Below the pieces are notes generated by a model. The model made no database searches, was not told the DNA's origin, and worked only from the letters and a program-made list of their open reading frames with translations. A program made the position numbers and the translations under genes. From NCBI GenBank assembly GCA_049852185.1, contig CP187540.1: a DNA stretch of 64,000 nt. One strand, written 5' to 3'. The DNA comes from Methanocaldococcus sp. 28A. Lineage in GTDB: Archaea; AGJL01; Methanococci; Methanococcales; Methanocaldococcaceae. This document shows positions 41,539 to 51,431 of the stretch, piece by piece. The stretch's first letter is position 1, and each line of letters begins with the position of its first letter.

Positions 41539-42123
41539 ATGGAAGTCTTACTACCTGAGATAGAGGAAATAAAGTTAGAGGATGTTTTATTAAAGAGGAG
41601 GTCCGTAAGGGAATATATCTCCTCTCCTTTAACTTTAAGGGAGCTATCTCATATTTTATTTGCCGCTTATGGAGTAACTAATGAAGAAGGCTTTAAAACT
41701 GTTCCCTCTGCTGGAGCAACTTATCCATTAGAGATTTATGTTAATGTGAAGGATGTTGTTGGTTTAGAGGAAGGGGTTTATAAATACATTCCTGAGAGAC
41801 ATTCAATTGTTAGAGTTTTAGATGAAGAAGTAGGATATGAATTAGCGTTAGCATCATTAAAGCAGATGTTTATTGCTGTAGCTCCAATAGTTTTAATTAT
41901 AACTGCTAATTATGAAAGAACAACAAGGGTTTATGGGGATAGGGGCTTTAGATATGTCTATATGGAAGTTGGATGTGTCTCTCAGAATATTTATTTAATG
42001 GCTACCTCTTTGGGATTGGGAACTGTGGCTGTTGGGGCATTTTATGATAATGAAATAAAAGAAATTTTAAAGATAGATGAGTATCCTCTATTGTTAATGC
42101 CAGTTGGTAGAAAGATAGATTAA
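41539..42123 (+). CDS. SagB/nitroreductase-family oxidoreductase
   Basis: RRS.R.Y, PSAGATYP, YG.RG.RY..ME.G..QN..L. Confidence 0.9.
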   Translation: MEVLLPEIEEIKLEDVLLKRRSVREYISSPLTLRELSHILFAAYGVTNEEGFKTVPSAGATYPLEIYVNVKDVVGLEEGVYKYIPERHSIVRVLDEEVGYELALASLKQMFIAVAPIVLIITANYERTTRVYGDRGFRYVYMEVGCVSQNIYLMATSLGLGTVAVGAFYDNEIKEILKIDEYPLLLMPVGRKID

Positions 42124-42190
42124 TATAATTATATCGCTGGCATCATTGTATATTATATTTGTTTTTAGTTTAATTAATTGAGGTGAGAGT

Positions 42191-42961
42191 ATGATAGACA
42201 CTCACATACATTCAGATACAAGGGGTTTAGAGGATTTAGAGCTAATGGCAATGTGCTTAGATGCTGTTATTACATTAGCCCATGACCCATTTGAGATGAA
42301 AAATATTAAAGTTTGGGAAGCTCATGTTGAAAAGCTATTGATTAATGAGTTGGAGAGGGCTAAAAAAGTAGGGTTGAATTTATTTGTATGTGTTGGAATG
42401 CATCCAAGGGCTATTCCTCCAGAGATTGATGAAGCTATAGAAAAGATAAAGAGCTATATAAACTATAATAATGTTGTGGGAATTGGAGAGATTGGTTTAG
42501 AAAAAGCTACAAAGGTAGAGAAAGAAGTTTTTATAAAGCAGTTGAGGTTAGCTGAGGAATTAAATATGCCTGCTGTAATTCACACACCAAGAAGAAATAA
42601 GGAAGAAGTAACTAAAACTATATTGGATGAAATTTCTACACTAAATTTAAAAAATAGAGATATTGTCATTGAACACTGCAATAAAGAAACTACAAATTGG
42701 GTTTTAGATGGGGGGTTTTATGTTGGACTAACAGTTCAGCCAGGAAAACTAACACCATTAGAAGCAGTTGAGATAGTTAAAGAAAATAAAGATTTTGCTG
42801 ATAAGATTTTATTAAATAGTGATTGCTCTTCAAATGCATCTGATGTCTTAGCTGTTCCAAGAACTGTTTTGAAAATGAAGATTAATGGTATTGAGAAAGA
42901 GATTATCACAAATGTAGCTCATAAAAATGCTGTAGAGTTGTTTAAGTTAAATATAGAATAA
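42191..42961 (+). CDS. TatD-related metal-dependent hydrolase
   Basis: DTHIH, G.HP, GEIGL, HTP, EH, NSD. Confidence 0.9.
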   Translation: MIDTHIHSDTRGLEDLELMAMCLDAVITLAHDPFEMKNIKVWEAHVEKLLINELERAKKVGLNLFVCVGMHPRAIPPEIDEAIEKIKSYINYNNVVGIGEIGLEKATKVEKEVFIKQLRLAEELNMPAVIHTPRRNKEEVTKTILDEISTLNLKNRDIVIEHCNKETTNWVLDGGFYVGLTVQPGKLTPLEAVEIVKENKDFADKILLNSDCSSNASDVLAVPRTVLKMKINGIEKEIITNVAHKNAVELFKLNIE

Positions 42962-42987
42962 ATAAACTTTTTTTATTTTTTATTTTT

Positions 42988-43104
42988 TAGAACTTTCGCA
43001 GGAATAAATGTTAAAAGGTATATTGAAGCCCTTTGGGCATCATATTTTCATTAGCAAATATATAAAGTGCGAAAGTCCTATTAAACATAGTTGCGAAAGT
43101 CCTA
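42988..43104. repeat. Family B repeat plus an extra right end
   Basis: TAGAACTTTCGCA...TGCGAAAGTCCTA (to 43080), with a second TGCGAAAGTCCTA at 43092-43104. Confidence 0.85.
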
Positions 43105-43118
43105 TGAAATTCTACTAA

Positions 43119-43214
43119 CCATAGAGCTTCGCCCTATTGTTTTACCCCCATAGGGGCAAAGCCCCTATTGGTATACCCCAGGATGCATTGCCTCGCTTCG
43201 CTCGGCAATGCCTC
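43119..43214. repeat. Cluster of GC-rich REP-like hairpins, family C
   Basis: ATAGAGC-TTC-GCCCTAT, TAGGGGC-AAA-GCCCCTA-TTGGTATACCCCA, GCATTGCC-TCGCTTCGCTC-GGCAATGC. Confidence 0.8.
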
Positions 43215-43236
43215 TTAATATGTAAAAGGTGAAACC

Positions 43237-44244
43237 ATGAAATTCTACGATAGAGAAAGAGAAGTAAATTTTTTAAAAACCTACTGCCAATTAGAGCCGA
43301 ATTCTATACTATTTGTTTATGGGCCAAAATCATCAGGTAAAACTACTGTAATGCTTAGGGTTATTGAAGAATTGTCTAAAAATGAGGATATTATTTTCTT
43401 TTATTACGATTTGAGGAGGTATGCAACACCTACAAAAGAAGAATTTTTAGAAATATTTTTTGAGAAATCAGATAAAAAATATTTACTAAATAGATTTGAG
43501 ATTAATCTAAAAATATGGAGATTTGGGGTTGAGGAAAAGTTTGATTTTAACAATATAAAGTTAAATGATGTGTTTGATAAGATTTATGAGGGCATTGAAG
43601 CAGTTATTAAAGATGGAAAAAAACCAGTTTTAATTATTGATGAGTTGCAGAAGTTGAAAAATATTTATTTTAATGGAGGTAAATCCTTATTAAATGAATT
43701 GTTTAATTTATTTGTTCATTTAACAAAAGTTAGGCACTTATGTCATGTAATTTGCTTAACTTCCGATACTTTGTTTATTGAAGAGATTTATAAGAACTCT
43801 ACATTGGAAAATACTTCTGAATATTTCTTAATTGATTGGTTGAGGAAAGGAACTATAAGGAATATTTTAAAAGAGGAGGGTTTTAGTGAAGAAGAGGTTA
43901 ATTATGCTTTAAATTATCTATCATTACCTTATGAGATTACTCAATTGATAAATAATAAAAAACTTGGGTTGAGTGTTGAAGAGACAATAAAAAAGTGGAT
44001 AAATATTGAAAAAGATAAAATAAAATACATAATAAGGAAAAATTTGGACAAAAAAGATGAAATCCTAAAAATACTATCAAAGTTTAAAGATAATATAAAA
44101 ATAAAAAATGATGAGATTGAGGATGAATTATTTGAGACATTAAAGATATTAATTGAGAATGAAATACTGTTTTATGATGTTATTAATGGGATAATTAAGC
44201 CAACATCTATAAAGAAGTGGTTTGCTATAAAGGATATAATCTAA
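43237..44244 (+). CDS. Archaeal (MJ-type) ATPase, copy 1
   Basis: MKFYDRE.E, Walker A YGPKSSGKTT, Walker B IIDELQ, LTSD. Confidence 0.9.
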   Translation: MKFYDREREVNFLKTYCQLEPNSILFVYGPKSSGKTTVMLRVIEELSKNEDIIFFYYDLRRYATPTKEEFLEIFFEKSDKKYLLNRFEINLKIWRFGVEEKFDFNNIKLNDVFDKIYEGIEAVIKDGKKPVLIIDELQKLKNIYFNGGKSLLNELFNLFVHLTKVRHLCHVICLTSDTLFIEEIYKNSTLENTSEYFLIDWLRKGTIRNILKEEGFSEEEVNYALNYLSLPYEITQLINNKKLGLSVEETIKKWINIEKDKIKYIIRKNLDKKDEILKILSKFKDNIKIKNDEIEDELFETLKILIENEILFYDVINGIIKPTSIKKWFAIKDII

Positions 44245-44282
44245 CAAATATTAAAATACATAAAAATAGAGTGGGTGGGTTT

Positions 44283-44729
44283 ATGAGTGAGGATATAATT
44301 GGAGCAACATTTCCAATACCTAAACCCTTAATAGGAAGAATATTAGATGAGCATAAAAATGTTTTTGTCAAGCCCGCAACATTAACCAAGCTTGAGAAAG
44401 GTATGAAAATTATATTTTATGCTTCAAGGGAGGAACAAGGATTTTATGGAGAGGCTGAGATTGAGAAAGTAGAGTTTTTTGAAAATCCAATGAAAATATT
44501 GGAAAAATATAAAGATGAGATGTTTTTAACTGAAGAGGAGTTTAAAGAATATATTGACTCCTCCAAAAAGTGGGGTTATGGTAGAAAAAAGAAAAAACCT
44601 TGGATGGTTATTGTTCTAAAGAATATTAAAAAGTATTCTAAGGTTGTTAAGCCAAAGAGGTTTATTACTGTTGGAGGGCGATATGTTAAAGAGAAAGAAT
44701 ATAAGGAAATTTTAAATAGAGCAATCTAA
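44283..44729 (+). CDS. DUF365-like PUA/ASCH-fold protein
   Basis: GATFPIPK..RI..KNVFVKP, IFYAS...GF.GEA.I, FLTEEE, ITVGGRY. Confidence 0.75.
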   Translation: MSEDIIGATFPIPKPLIGRILDEHKNVFVKPATLTKLEKGMKIIFYASREEQGFYGEAEIEKVEFFENPMKILEKYKDEMFLTEEEFKEYIDSSKKWGYGRKKKKPWMVIVLKNIKKYSKVVKPKRFITVGGRYVKEKEYKEILNRAI

Positions 44730-44820
44730 ATTATTAATTTAAATAATGAATTTTATATAATTTTATATATAGTAAAATATTGGGGATTAAACTATTGCAT
44801 TAATTAAAGGGGGTTAATAT

Positions 44821-47800
44821 ATGGAGAGATTTATAGAGAATCCAAAGTTTCCAATAAGAGAAATTAATGAGAAGAGTGAAAAAGAGAAAGGTGCTGCAAG
44901 ACCTCCATATTGGGAAATGGTATTTTATTGGACAAGAAAACCATTAATTGGAGCAAGAGGAGTTATTGCTGGCTGTTTATTACCTTATGACATTGACTTA
45001 GAGAGATTTAAAAATGCTATAGCACTTAATGAAAAAACTCCTCACAGGGAAAGTCCAAAAATTCGTAATGATTGGAAGAAGTATTTTGAAGGTAAAAAGT
45101 TATTAGACCCATTTGCAGGTTTTGGTTCTATTCCATTGGAAGGGTTGAGATTAGGTTTAGATGTTACAGCAGTTGAGTTATTACCCACAACTTATGTATT
45201 TTTAAAAGCAGTTTTAGAATATCCAAAAAAGTTTGGTAAGACACTTATAAAAGATGTGGAAAAGTGGGGGAATTGGATAACTGAAAGATTGAAAGAAGAT
45301 GAAGATATAAAAGAACTTTATGATGAAGATATTGCTGTCTATATAGGAACTTGGGAGATAAAATGCCCACACTGTGGGAAATTTACCCCTGCAATAGGCA
45401 ATTATTGGTTAGCGAGAGTTAAAGACAGCAAAGGATACAAAAGATTGGCATATATGAAACCAGAGTTTAATGGGGAGAGTGTAAATATAAAAGTTATTGA
45501 TTTAAATGCAATTTTTGGTAGTGTTGAAAATGCAAAGGTGGATACTAAGAACAACACTATTGTTTTTGTTGGAGATAATTATATAGAGAAGGTTAAGAAG
45601 GCTGTAGAAAAGGGAATTTTAAAAGAGGGTGATTTTGTAATTGATGGTAATAAAGTTGTGTTTAAAGTTCCTTCTGCTAATATAGAATCAAGAAGAAGCC
45701 AATTAACATGTCTATGTTGTGGAAATATTATAAAATATGCAGATGAAGAGGGAAGGCATTACATTGACAGAAAGAAGGGGAATAATGAATTTTATGTAAA
45801 ATTTGCTTTAAAGAAATATCATTCTGGAGATGAAAATTATGCAAGGCAGAGGTTATTGGTTAAGGTTAAAATTAAAGAGAGGGATTTAACTTTTGAACCA
45901 TGCATTGAAGAAGATAACAATAAGTTGTTAATTGCCAAACAAAAGATTAATGAGTTGTTGAGTAATGGGGATGTTGATATTCCAACCGAATCTGTTGCTC
46001 CCTGGGGTTCAAAAGGAATGGGAGGAGATATTAAAACTATCACATGGGGATTAACAACGTGGGATAAACACTTTAATCCAAGGCAGTTATTGACATTGAT
46101 AAAAATAGTTAAACTAATTAGAGAAGTTGGTAAAAAAGTAGAGGAAGAGAAAATTAATGAAGGTTGGGATAAAGATAAAGCATTTGAGTATGCTGAGGCT
46201 ATTGCTACTTATTTGAGCATGGCTATGTTGAAATATGCTGATTATAGTTCAATTTCTACAAGGTGGAACTCATCTTTAATTATGGCTAATACATTATCTA
46301 CACGAGGTATAGCAATGGTTTGGAATTATTTTGAAATCTCACCATTTGCAAAATGGACTGGCTCATGGAGACAGGGAATTGAATATACAATTCCAAAATC
46401 CTTAGAATATCTTACTGATGCCATCTCACCTAAACAAAAAACTCTAACTGAAATAATAAAATCAAATTCAATAAATATTATACAAGGGGATGCTACTTCA
46501 TTAAACCTAAATGAAAAATTTGATATTATTGTTACCGACCCACCTTATGCTGATGATGTTCCTTATACAGAATTATCTGACTTTTATTATGTTTGGCTTA
46601 AAAGAGCTTTATCTGATGTTGAAAACAACAAGTTAATTCCAAGATTCCATAAAGATGCATTCTTTAAAAAAATAGGTAAAAAATACAAGGAGATAAAAAC
46701 CCAATGGCAGGAATTTGCTAAAAAAGAAGTATCTGAAAATGCTGGAAGATTTATGAATGAGGAAAATAAAAAAGAACTTGCTAAAAAACACTTTGAAAAT
46801 CTCTTCTCTCAAGCATTTATATCTATGAGAAACCATTTAAAAGATGATGGGATTTTAGTAACCTATTATGCCCACACAAACCCAGAATCATGGGCAAATC
46901 TCTTAGAGGCTGGCTGGAAGAGAGCAAAACTAACAATAACAAGAGCCCTACCTTTAACAACTGAATCAAAGCAAAACATTGTATCAAGAGGCAAACTATC
47001 CTTAGATACTTCCATAATTGCCATCTGGAAAAAGAAAACTCTAAAAGATAAAACTTTAATCTCTACCCTAATACCAAAATTAAGAGAGAAAGGAAGAGAG
47101 ACAGCAGAGTTGTTAATAAAACATGGACAGCATGATTTAGATTTATTATATGGTGTAATGGCTGGTATATTAGAAGAGATAACCCAATACAATGAAATTG
47201 TTAGTCCAGAAGGAAAATTAACAACAAAAGATATCCTTGATAAATATGTTTATCCATTAACAATATACAGCATTATAGATGCAATTTCAAAAGAAAAAGA
47301 GGGGGCCTTGAAAATTACTACAAAACCAGCCCTCTTCTATACCACTTACAAAATCCTATTTGGTAGTAAAACATTGGGAAGTGGTGATTTAATCTTATTA
47401 AATATTTCAACAGGAATTGATGCTAAAAAGGCTGTTGAATATAATCTAATAAAAGAAGAGAGTAAAGGATTTGTCTTAAACTCTCCTGACTTAATAAAAG
47501 AACTTAATGAAAAATATCTCTACCAGTTTTTAATTGAGAAAGACATAAATCCAACAAATCCAGAAATAAAAACATCAATAGATATATTGCATTTGCTTGA
47601 ATACTATGCCTTTGCTTATGCAATAGATGCATTCAAATCTAAACTTGAAGAATTGAAAAGTAAATACCCAACAGAAACTGAAGAAGCAATAAATATTGCC
47701 AAACTAATAAACAAATATTATGCAAGTGTATTTAAAGAAATATACGCAGGCAAAAAAGACAGTGAGATTGATAAACTACTCCAAAAAGATAAAATTTATG

Positions 47801-47853
47801 AAATCTATCTAATAAGAAGATTAGTAAGATTCTTAGAAGGAAAAGCATTTTAA
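44821..47853 (+). CDS. DUF1156/COG1743 DNA N6-adenine methyltransferase with Zn ribbon
   Basis: YWTRKPL N-terminus, SAM motif DPFAGFGSIP, CPHC...CLCC, FNPRQL, catalytic TDPPY, ELSDFYYVWLKR. Confidence 0.9.
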   Translation: MERFIENPKFPIREINEKSEKEKGAARPPYWEMVFYWTRKPLIGARGVIAGCLLPYDIDLERFKNAIALNEKTPHRESPKIRNDWKKYFEGKKLLDPFAGFGSIPLEGLRLGLDVTAVELLPTTYVFLKAVLEYPKKFGKTLIKDVEKWGNWITERLKEDEDIKELYDEDIAVYIGTWEIKCPHCGKFTPAIGNYWLARVKDSKGYKRLAYMKPEFNGESVNIKVIDLNAIFGSVENAKVDTKNNTIVFVGDNYIEKVKKAVEKGILKEGDFVIDGNKVVFKVPSANIESRRSQLTCLCCGNIIKYADEEGRHYIDRKKGNNEFYVKFALKKYHSGDENYARQRLLVKVKIKERDLTFEPCIEEDNNKLLIAKQKINELLSNGDVDIPTESVAPWGSKGMGGDIKTITWGLTTWDKHFNPRQLLTLIKIVKLIREVGKKVEEEKINEGWDKDKAFEYAEAIATYLSMAMLKYADYSSISTRWNSSLIMANTLSTRGIAMVWNYFEISPFAKWTGSWRQGIEYTIPKSLEYLTDAISPKQKTLTEIIKSNSINIIQGDATSLNLNEKFDIIVTDPPYADDVPYTELSDFYYVWLKRALSDVENNKLIPRFHKDAFFKKIGKKYKEIKTQWQEFAKKEVSENAGRFMNEENKKELAKKHFENLFSQAFISMRNHLKDDGILVTYYAHTNPESWANLLEAGWKRAKLTITRALPLTTESKQNIVSRGKLSLDTSIIAIWKKKTLKDKTLISTLIPKLREKGRETAELLIKHGQHDLDLLYGVMAGILEEITQYNEIVSPEGKLTTKDILDKYVYPLTIYSIIDAISKEKEGALKITTKPALFYTTYKILFGSKTLGSGDLILLNISTGIDAKKAVEYNLIKEESKGFVLNSPDLIKELNEKYLYQFLIEKDINPTNPEIKTSIDILHLLEYYAFAYAIDAFKSKLEELKSKYPTETEEAINIAKLINKYYASVFKEIYAGKKDSEIDKLLQKDKIYEIYLIRRLVRFLEGKAF

Positions 47854-47876
47854 ATTTAAACTTTTGAGGGATAAAA

Positions 47877-48464
47877 ATGTCTAATTATCTAAAAGGAATA
47901 TTTGAAGATTTGGAACCAGAGGAAAAAATCATCCTCTATGCATTGGGAGCTTTAAACAACACTCCCTTAAATAGCAAAATAAAACTCCATAAATTGTTAT
48001 TCTTAGTTTCTAATGTATTTCCGCAACTAAATGAATTACTTGAATTTGAAGAACACTTTTTAGGTCCTTACAGTGAAAAAATAAACTATATCCTCGACGA
48101 TTTAATTAGTTTGGGATTGGTAGAAAAAAAAGGTAGCAAATACAAACTTACTGAAAAAGGAATGGAGATATATAAACGACTAAAACCAAAACCAGGACTA
48201 AAAGAGGTCTTAGAAGATTTTAAAGAATTTATACACGATTTAACAGATGATGAAATATTGGCATTTATCTATGTCTCATATCCAAAATATACCAAAGAAT
48301 CTATAAAGTGGGATGAATTGAAAAAACAAAGAGTTGATTTAGCCATCTCATTACTAAAAAAACAAAAAATTAGTTTTGGAAAAGCTGCACAAATAGCTGG
48401 ACTCTCTCCTATGGAATTTGAAGAATTGCTTTTAAAAAGAGGGATAAAGTGGAGGGGAATATAA
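47877..48464 (+). CDS. Putative antitoxin: N-terminal wHTH (SocA/YwgA-like) fused to a C-terminal UPF0175 HTH
   Basis: KLHKLLFL...F....GPYS; C-terminal ISFGKAAQIAGLS..EF..LL.KRGI. Confidence 0.7.
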   Translation: MSNYLKGIFEDLEPEEKIILYALGALNNTPLNSKIKLHKLLFLVSNVFPQLNELLEFEEHFLGPYSEKINYILDDLISLGLVEKKGSKYKLTEKGMEIYKRLKPKPGLKEVLEDFKEFIHDLTDDEILAFIYVSYPKYTKESIKWDELKKQRVDLAISLLKKQKISFGKAAQIAGLSPMEFEELLLKRGIKWRGI

Positions 48465-49027
48465 CGGTCAAAATTCTTGATAATACAGTAATAAGTGCAA
48501 GTTTAAAAGAAATAAAAACCATTAACCTCATAGAAAGATGTTTAAAAAGATATAAATTAGTTACATCAGAATATGTATTTGTAGAGACATTAAAAGGATT
48601 TTCAAATCCTACAATCGAAAATTGCTATTCAGATATTGAAGTCCATGAAATTAATGAAGAAATGTTTAATTTTCTTTTAGATTACTTAGAAAGGAGATTC
48701 CCATATTTACACAGAGGAGAACTTTCATCCTTCTTAGTGGCTTTATTAAAATATGCTGAAAATGGTAAATCATATTACTATGTAACAGACGACCGTAGAA
48801 TGAGAGATACAATCTCTAAAATTTTAAATGACCCGATAGTAAAATCAAAATTAAAAAATCCTATAACTCCAGAAAATTTTAACCTAACAGGGACTATTGG
48901 GCTTCTTTTAAGATTAAAATATAGGGGATTAATATCAAAAGAGGAAGCTAAAAAGATTGCAGATGATTTAGAAAACAGTTCTTTTAGAGTAACTCCTGAA
49001 CTATTAAAAAAATTGAGAGAGGATTGA
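48449..49027 (+). CDS. PIN-domain (VapC/DUF3368-like) ribonuclease toxin
   Basis: ILDNTVI, V..E, LHRGE.S, VTDDR, GTIGLL; overlaps the antitoxin stop. Confidence 0.8.
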   Translation: MEGNITVKILDNTVISASLKEIKTINLIERCLKRYKLVTSEYVFVETLKGFSNPTIENCYSDIEVHEINEEMFNFLLDYLERRFPYLHRGELSSFLVALLKYAENGKSYYYVTDDRRMRDTISKILNDPIVKSKLKNPITPENFNLTGTIGLLLRLKYRGLISKEEAKKIADDLENSSFRVTPELLKKLRED

Positions 49028-49028
49028 T

Positions 49029-50126
49029 ATGGGCAAGCTGAAAGTTCATATAAACTCTATAGATGAAAATTTAATGTTTAGAAGCTTGGATATAAAGGTA
49101 GGTTCTAAAACAATGGCAACCACTCCAATAAAAGTTAGCCCTCCAGAACACCCAATAAGTCCTATAAATGAGGTATATAAAAAATTTTCTATTGATAAAT
49201 TGAAAAAATGCAATATTGACAACTCTATAGAAACAAAGACAAACCAGGAAATAAGAAAATGTTTAATAGCAGATAAGTTAAATATGGTTATTGTTGATTA
49301 TACCTCTGATATTTTACCTAAAAAAGAACACTTAGAAGTTTTAATGGATTTGCAATATAATGGAGATGTTGTTATAACTCCAATTTTCTCTAAACTCGTA
49401 AAAACTCTTAAAGAGGAAAAACTAAAAAATACATTCATTAAATTAACAAATCAATGTATAGAAATAGCAAATACCTTAAATAATAAAACTATAGTTGGAA
49501 TAATCCCAGCAAAGATGCCAAGACAATTTATTGAGGATATTATAAAAAACTATGTTGATAAAAATATAACTCATTACATTATAGACCTTGATAGGAGAAC
49601 TATCTCAGCGAATACTTCTTGGATTATAAAGTTATTTAGAACTATCCATGATAATGGAATTCTTGATGAAACTTTGTTATATTGTGTTAATGGTAGTGAA
49701 GGTAAATTCTTAAAAAATGCTGAGGTAATCCCTGCTCATGATTTTATAAATTCTGGTTTTGGAATTGATATATTAGGTTTGAAACATGTCCCTCCTCAAT
49801 TACCTCCAGAAGTATGGGCAAAATTAAAAAATATAAAAAAGGAAGAAATTTATAGAATATTTAATAGAAATACTTATGGTTATCATAAAGTAAATGTGGA
49901 GATTCTCCAAAATTTGGGACTATTTCCTAACCAAAATACTGTAAAAATCTATAATATAGAAAAACAGTTTGATGAAGCCATTTATTTACAAAACCTTCTT
50001 AAGGAAGAATCAACCGTAGAGCAATATGTGTCATCAAAATCTCAAATGAAAGATATAATTCCAGAAATCAAAAAAGTTAAACATGAAGTTAAAGAAAAAT
50101 CAATGAAACTTGATTTTTTCCTATAA
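49029..50126 (+). CDS. Divergent TGT (tRNA-guanine transglycosylase)-like TIM-barrel protein
   Basis: N-terminal D...R..I......TP pattern, LQ..GDVVITP, IVGIIP, FGIDILG. No Cys/His zinc site. Fold is inferred. Confidence 0.5.
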   Translation: MGKLKVHINSIDENLMFRSLDIKVGSKTMATTPIKVSPPEHPISPINEVYKKFSIDKLKKCNIDNSIETKTNQEIRKCLIADKLNMVIVDYTSDILPKKEHLEVLMDLQYNGDVVITPIFSKLVKTLKEEKLKNTFIKLTNQCIEIANTLNNKTIVGIIPAKMPRQFIEDIIKNYVDKNITHYIIDLDRRTISANTSWIIKLFRTIHDNGILDETLLYCVNGSEGKFLKNAEVIPAHDFINSGFGIDILGLKHVPPQLPPEVWAKLKNIKKEEIYRIFNRNTYGYHKVNVEILQNLGLFPNQNTVKIYNIEKQFDEAIYLQNLLKEESTVEQYVSSKSQMKDIIPEIKKVKHEVKEKSMKLDFFL

Positions 50127-50207
50127 ATAAGTTGATAATTAATATATAGACTTGGATTTGCTTATTCCATGGTGATAAAATGAAATTCTACTAACTTGGT
50201 GAATATT

Positions 50208-51227
50208 ATGAAATTCTACGATAGAGAGAAAGAAGTTAAATATTTAAAAACTTACTGCCAGTTAGAGCCAAACTCTATATTATTCGTCTATGGACCAAAA
50301 TCTTCTGGCAAAACTACTGTAATGCTTAGAGTTATAGAAGAACTAAACAAAAGGGATGATATAATATTCTTCTACTACGATTTAAGGGAATATGCGACAC
50401 CAACAAAAGAAGAGTTTTTAAGTATATTCTTTGAAAAATCAGACAAAAAATATCTTTTAAATAAATTAGAAATCGATTTAAAAATATTTAAATTTGGAGT
50501 AGAAGAGAATTTTGATTTTAATAATTTATCATTAAATGATGTTTTTAATAAAATAAAAGAAAGCATCAAAGAGGTTGTTAAAGAAGGTAAAAAACCTATA
50601 TTGGTTATTGATGAATTGCAGAAATTAAAGAGCATCTATTTCAATGGTGGTAAATCCTTACTAAATGAGTTATTTAATCTATTTGTCCATCTAACAAAAG
50701 TTAGGCATCTATGTCATGTTATTTGTTTAACCTCTGATACTTTGTTTATTGAGGAGATTTATAAGAACTCTACATTAGAGAATACTTCTGAATATTTTTT
50801 AATTGATTGGTTAAATATAGATGATATTAAAAACATTCTAAAAGAAGAGGGTTTTAGTGAAGAAGAGGTTAATTATGCTTTGAATTATATATCATTACCT
50901 TATGAAATCTCACAATTAATAAATAATAAAAAATTAGGTTTATCTGTTGAAGAAGCAATAAAGCAGTGGATTAATATTGAGAGAGATAAAATTTTATATT
51001 TAATATCAACTCAAAAGGAATTTGAGATGAAAAATTTAGAAAATGCTCTGAAATTATTTGAAGATAAAATAAAAGTTGATATCAAAGAGATAATAAAAAA
51101 CAATCTTATGGATGAGGTTAAATTTTTGATAAAAAATGAGATTTTATTTTATGATGTAATAAATGGCATAATTAAGCCAACTTCTGTAAAAAAATGGTTT
51201 GCTATTAAAGAAATAATTATGGGTTAA
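50208..51227 (+). CDS. Archaeal (MJ-type) ATPase, copy 2
   Basis: Close paralog of 43237-44244 with the same Walker motifs; ATG after GGTGA. Confidence 0.9.
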   Translation: MKFYDREKEVKYLKTYCQLEPNSILFVYGPKSSGKTTVMLRVIEELNKRDDIIFFYYDLREYATPTKEEFLSIFFEKSDKKYLLNKLEIDLKIFKFGVEENFDFNNLSLNDVFNKIKESIKEVVKEGKKPILVIDELQKLKSIYFNGGKSLLNELFNLFVHLTKVRHLCHVICLTSDTLFIEEIYKNSTLENTSEYFLIDWLNIDDIKNILKEEGFSEEEVNYALNYISLPYEISQLINNKKLGLSVEEAIKQWINIERDKILYLISTQKEFEMKNLENALKLFEDKIKVDIKEIIKNNLMDEVKFLIKNEILFYDVINGIIKPTSVKKWFAIKEIIMG

Positions 51228-51289
51228 AAGCCTCTAACTTAATGCATTCAGTATTCGAATAAGCATTTGACGCATAGATTGACGAAGTC

Positions 51290-51397
51290 TTGGGGTATCC
51301 CGAACCATAGGGCTAATGCCCTATTGGTATGAACCTTTTAGAAAAAGGTTCATCAAAAAATTTTGGGGTATACCAATAGGGGCGAAGCCCCTAATGG
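51290..51397. repeat. Family C hairpin cluster
   Basis: ATAGGGC-TAAT-GCCCTAT, ATGAACCTTTT-AGA-AAAAGGTTCAT, TGGGGTATACCAA-TAGGGGC-GAA-GCCCCTA (inverse of the 43149-43180 unit). Confidence 0.8.
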
Positions 51398-51431
51398 TAA
51401 TGAAATAATCTAAAAAGTGGAGGGGAGAAAA

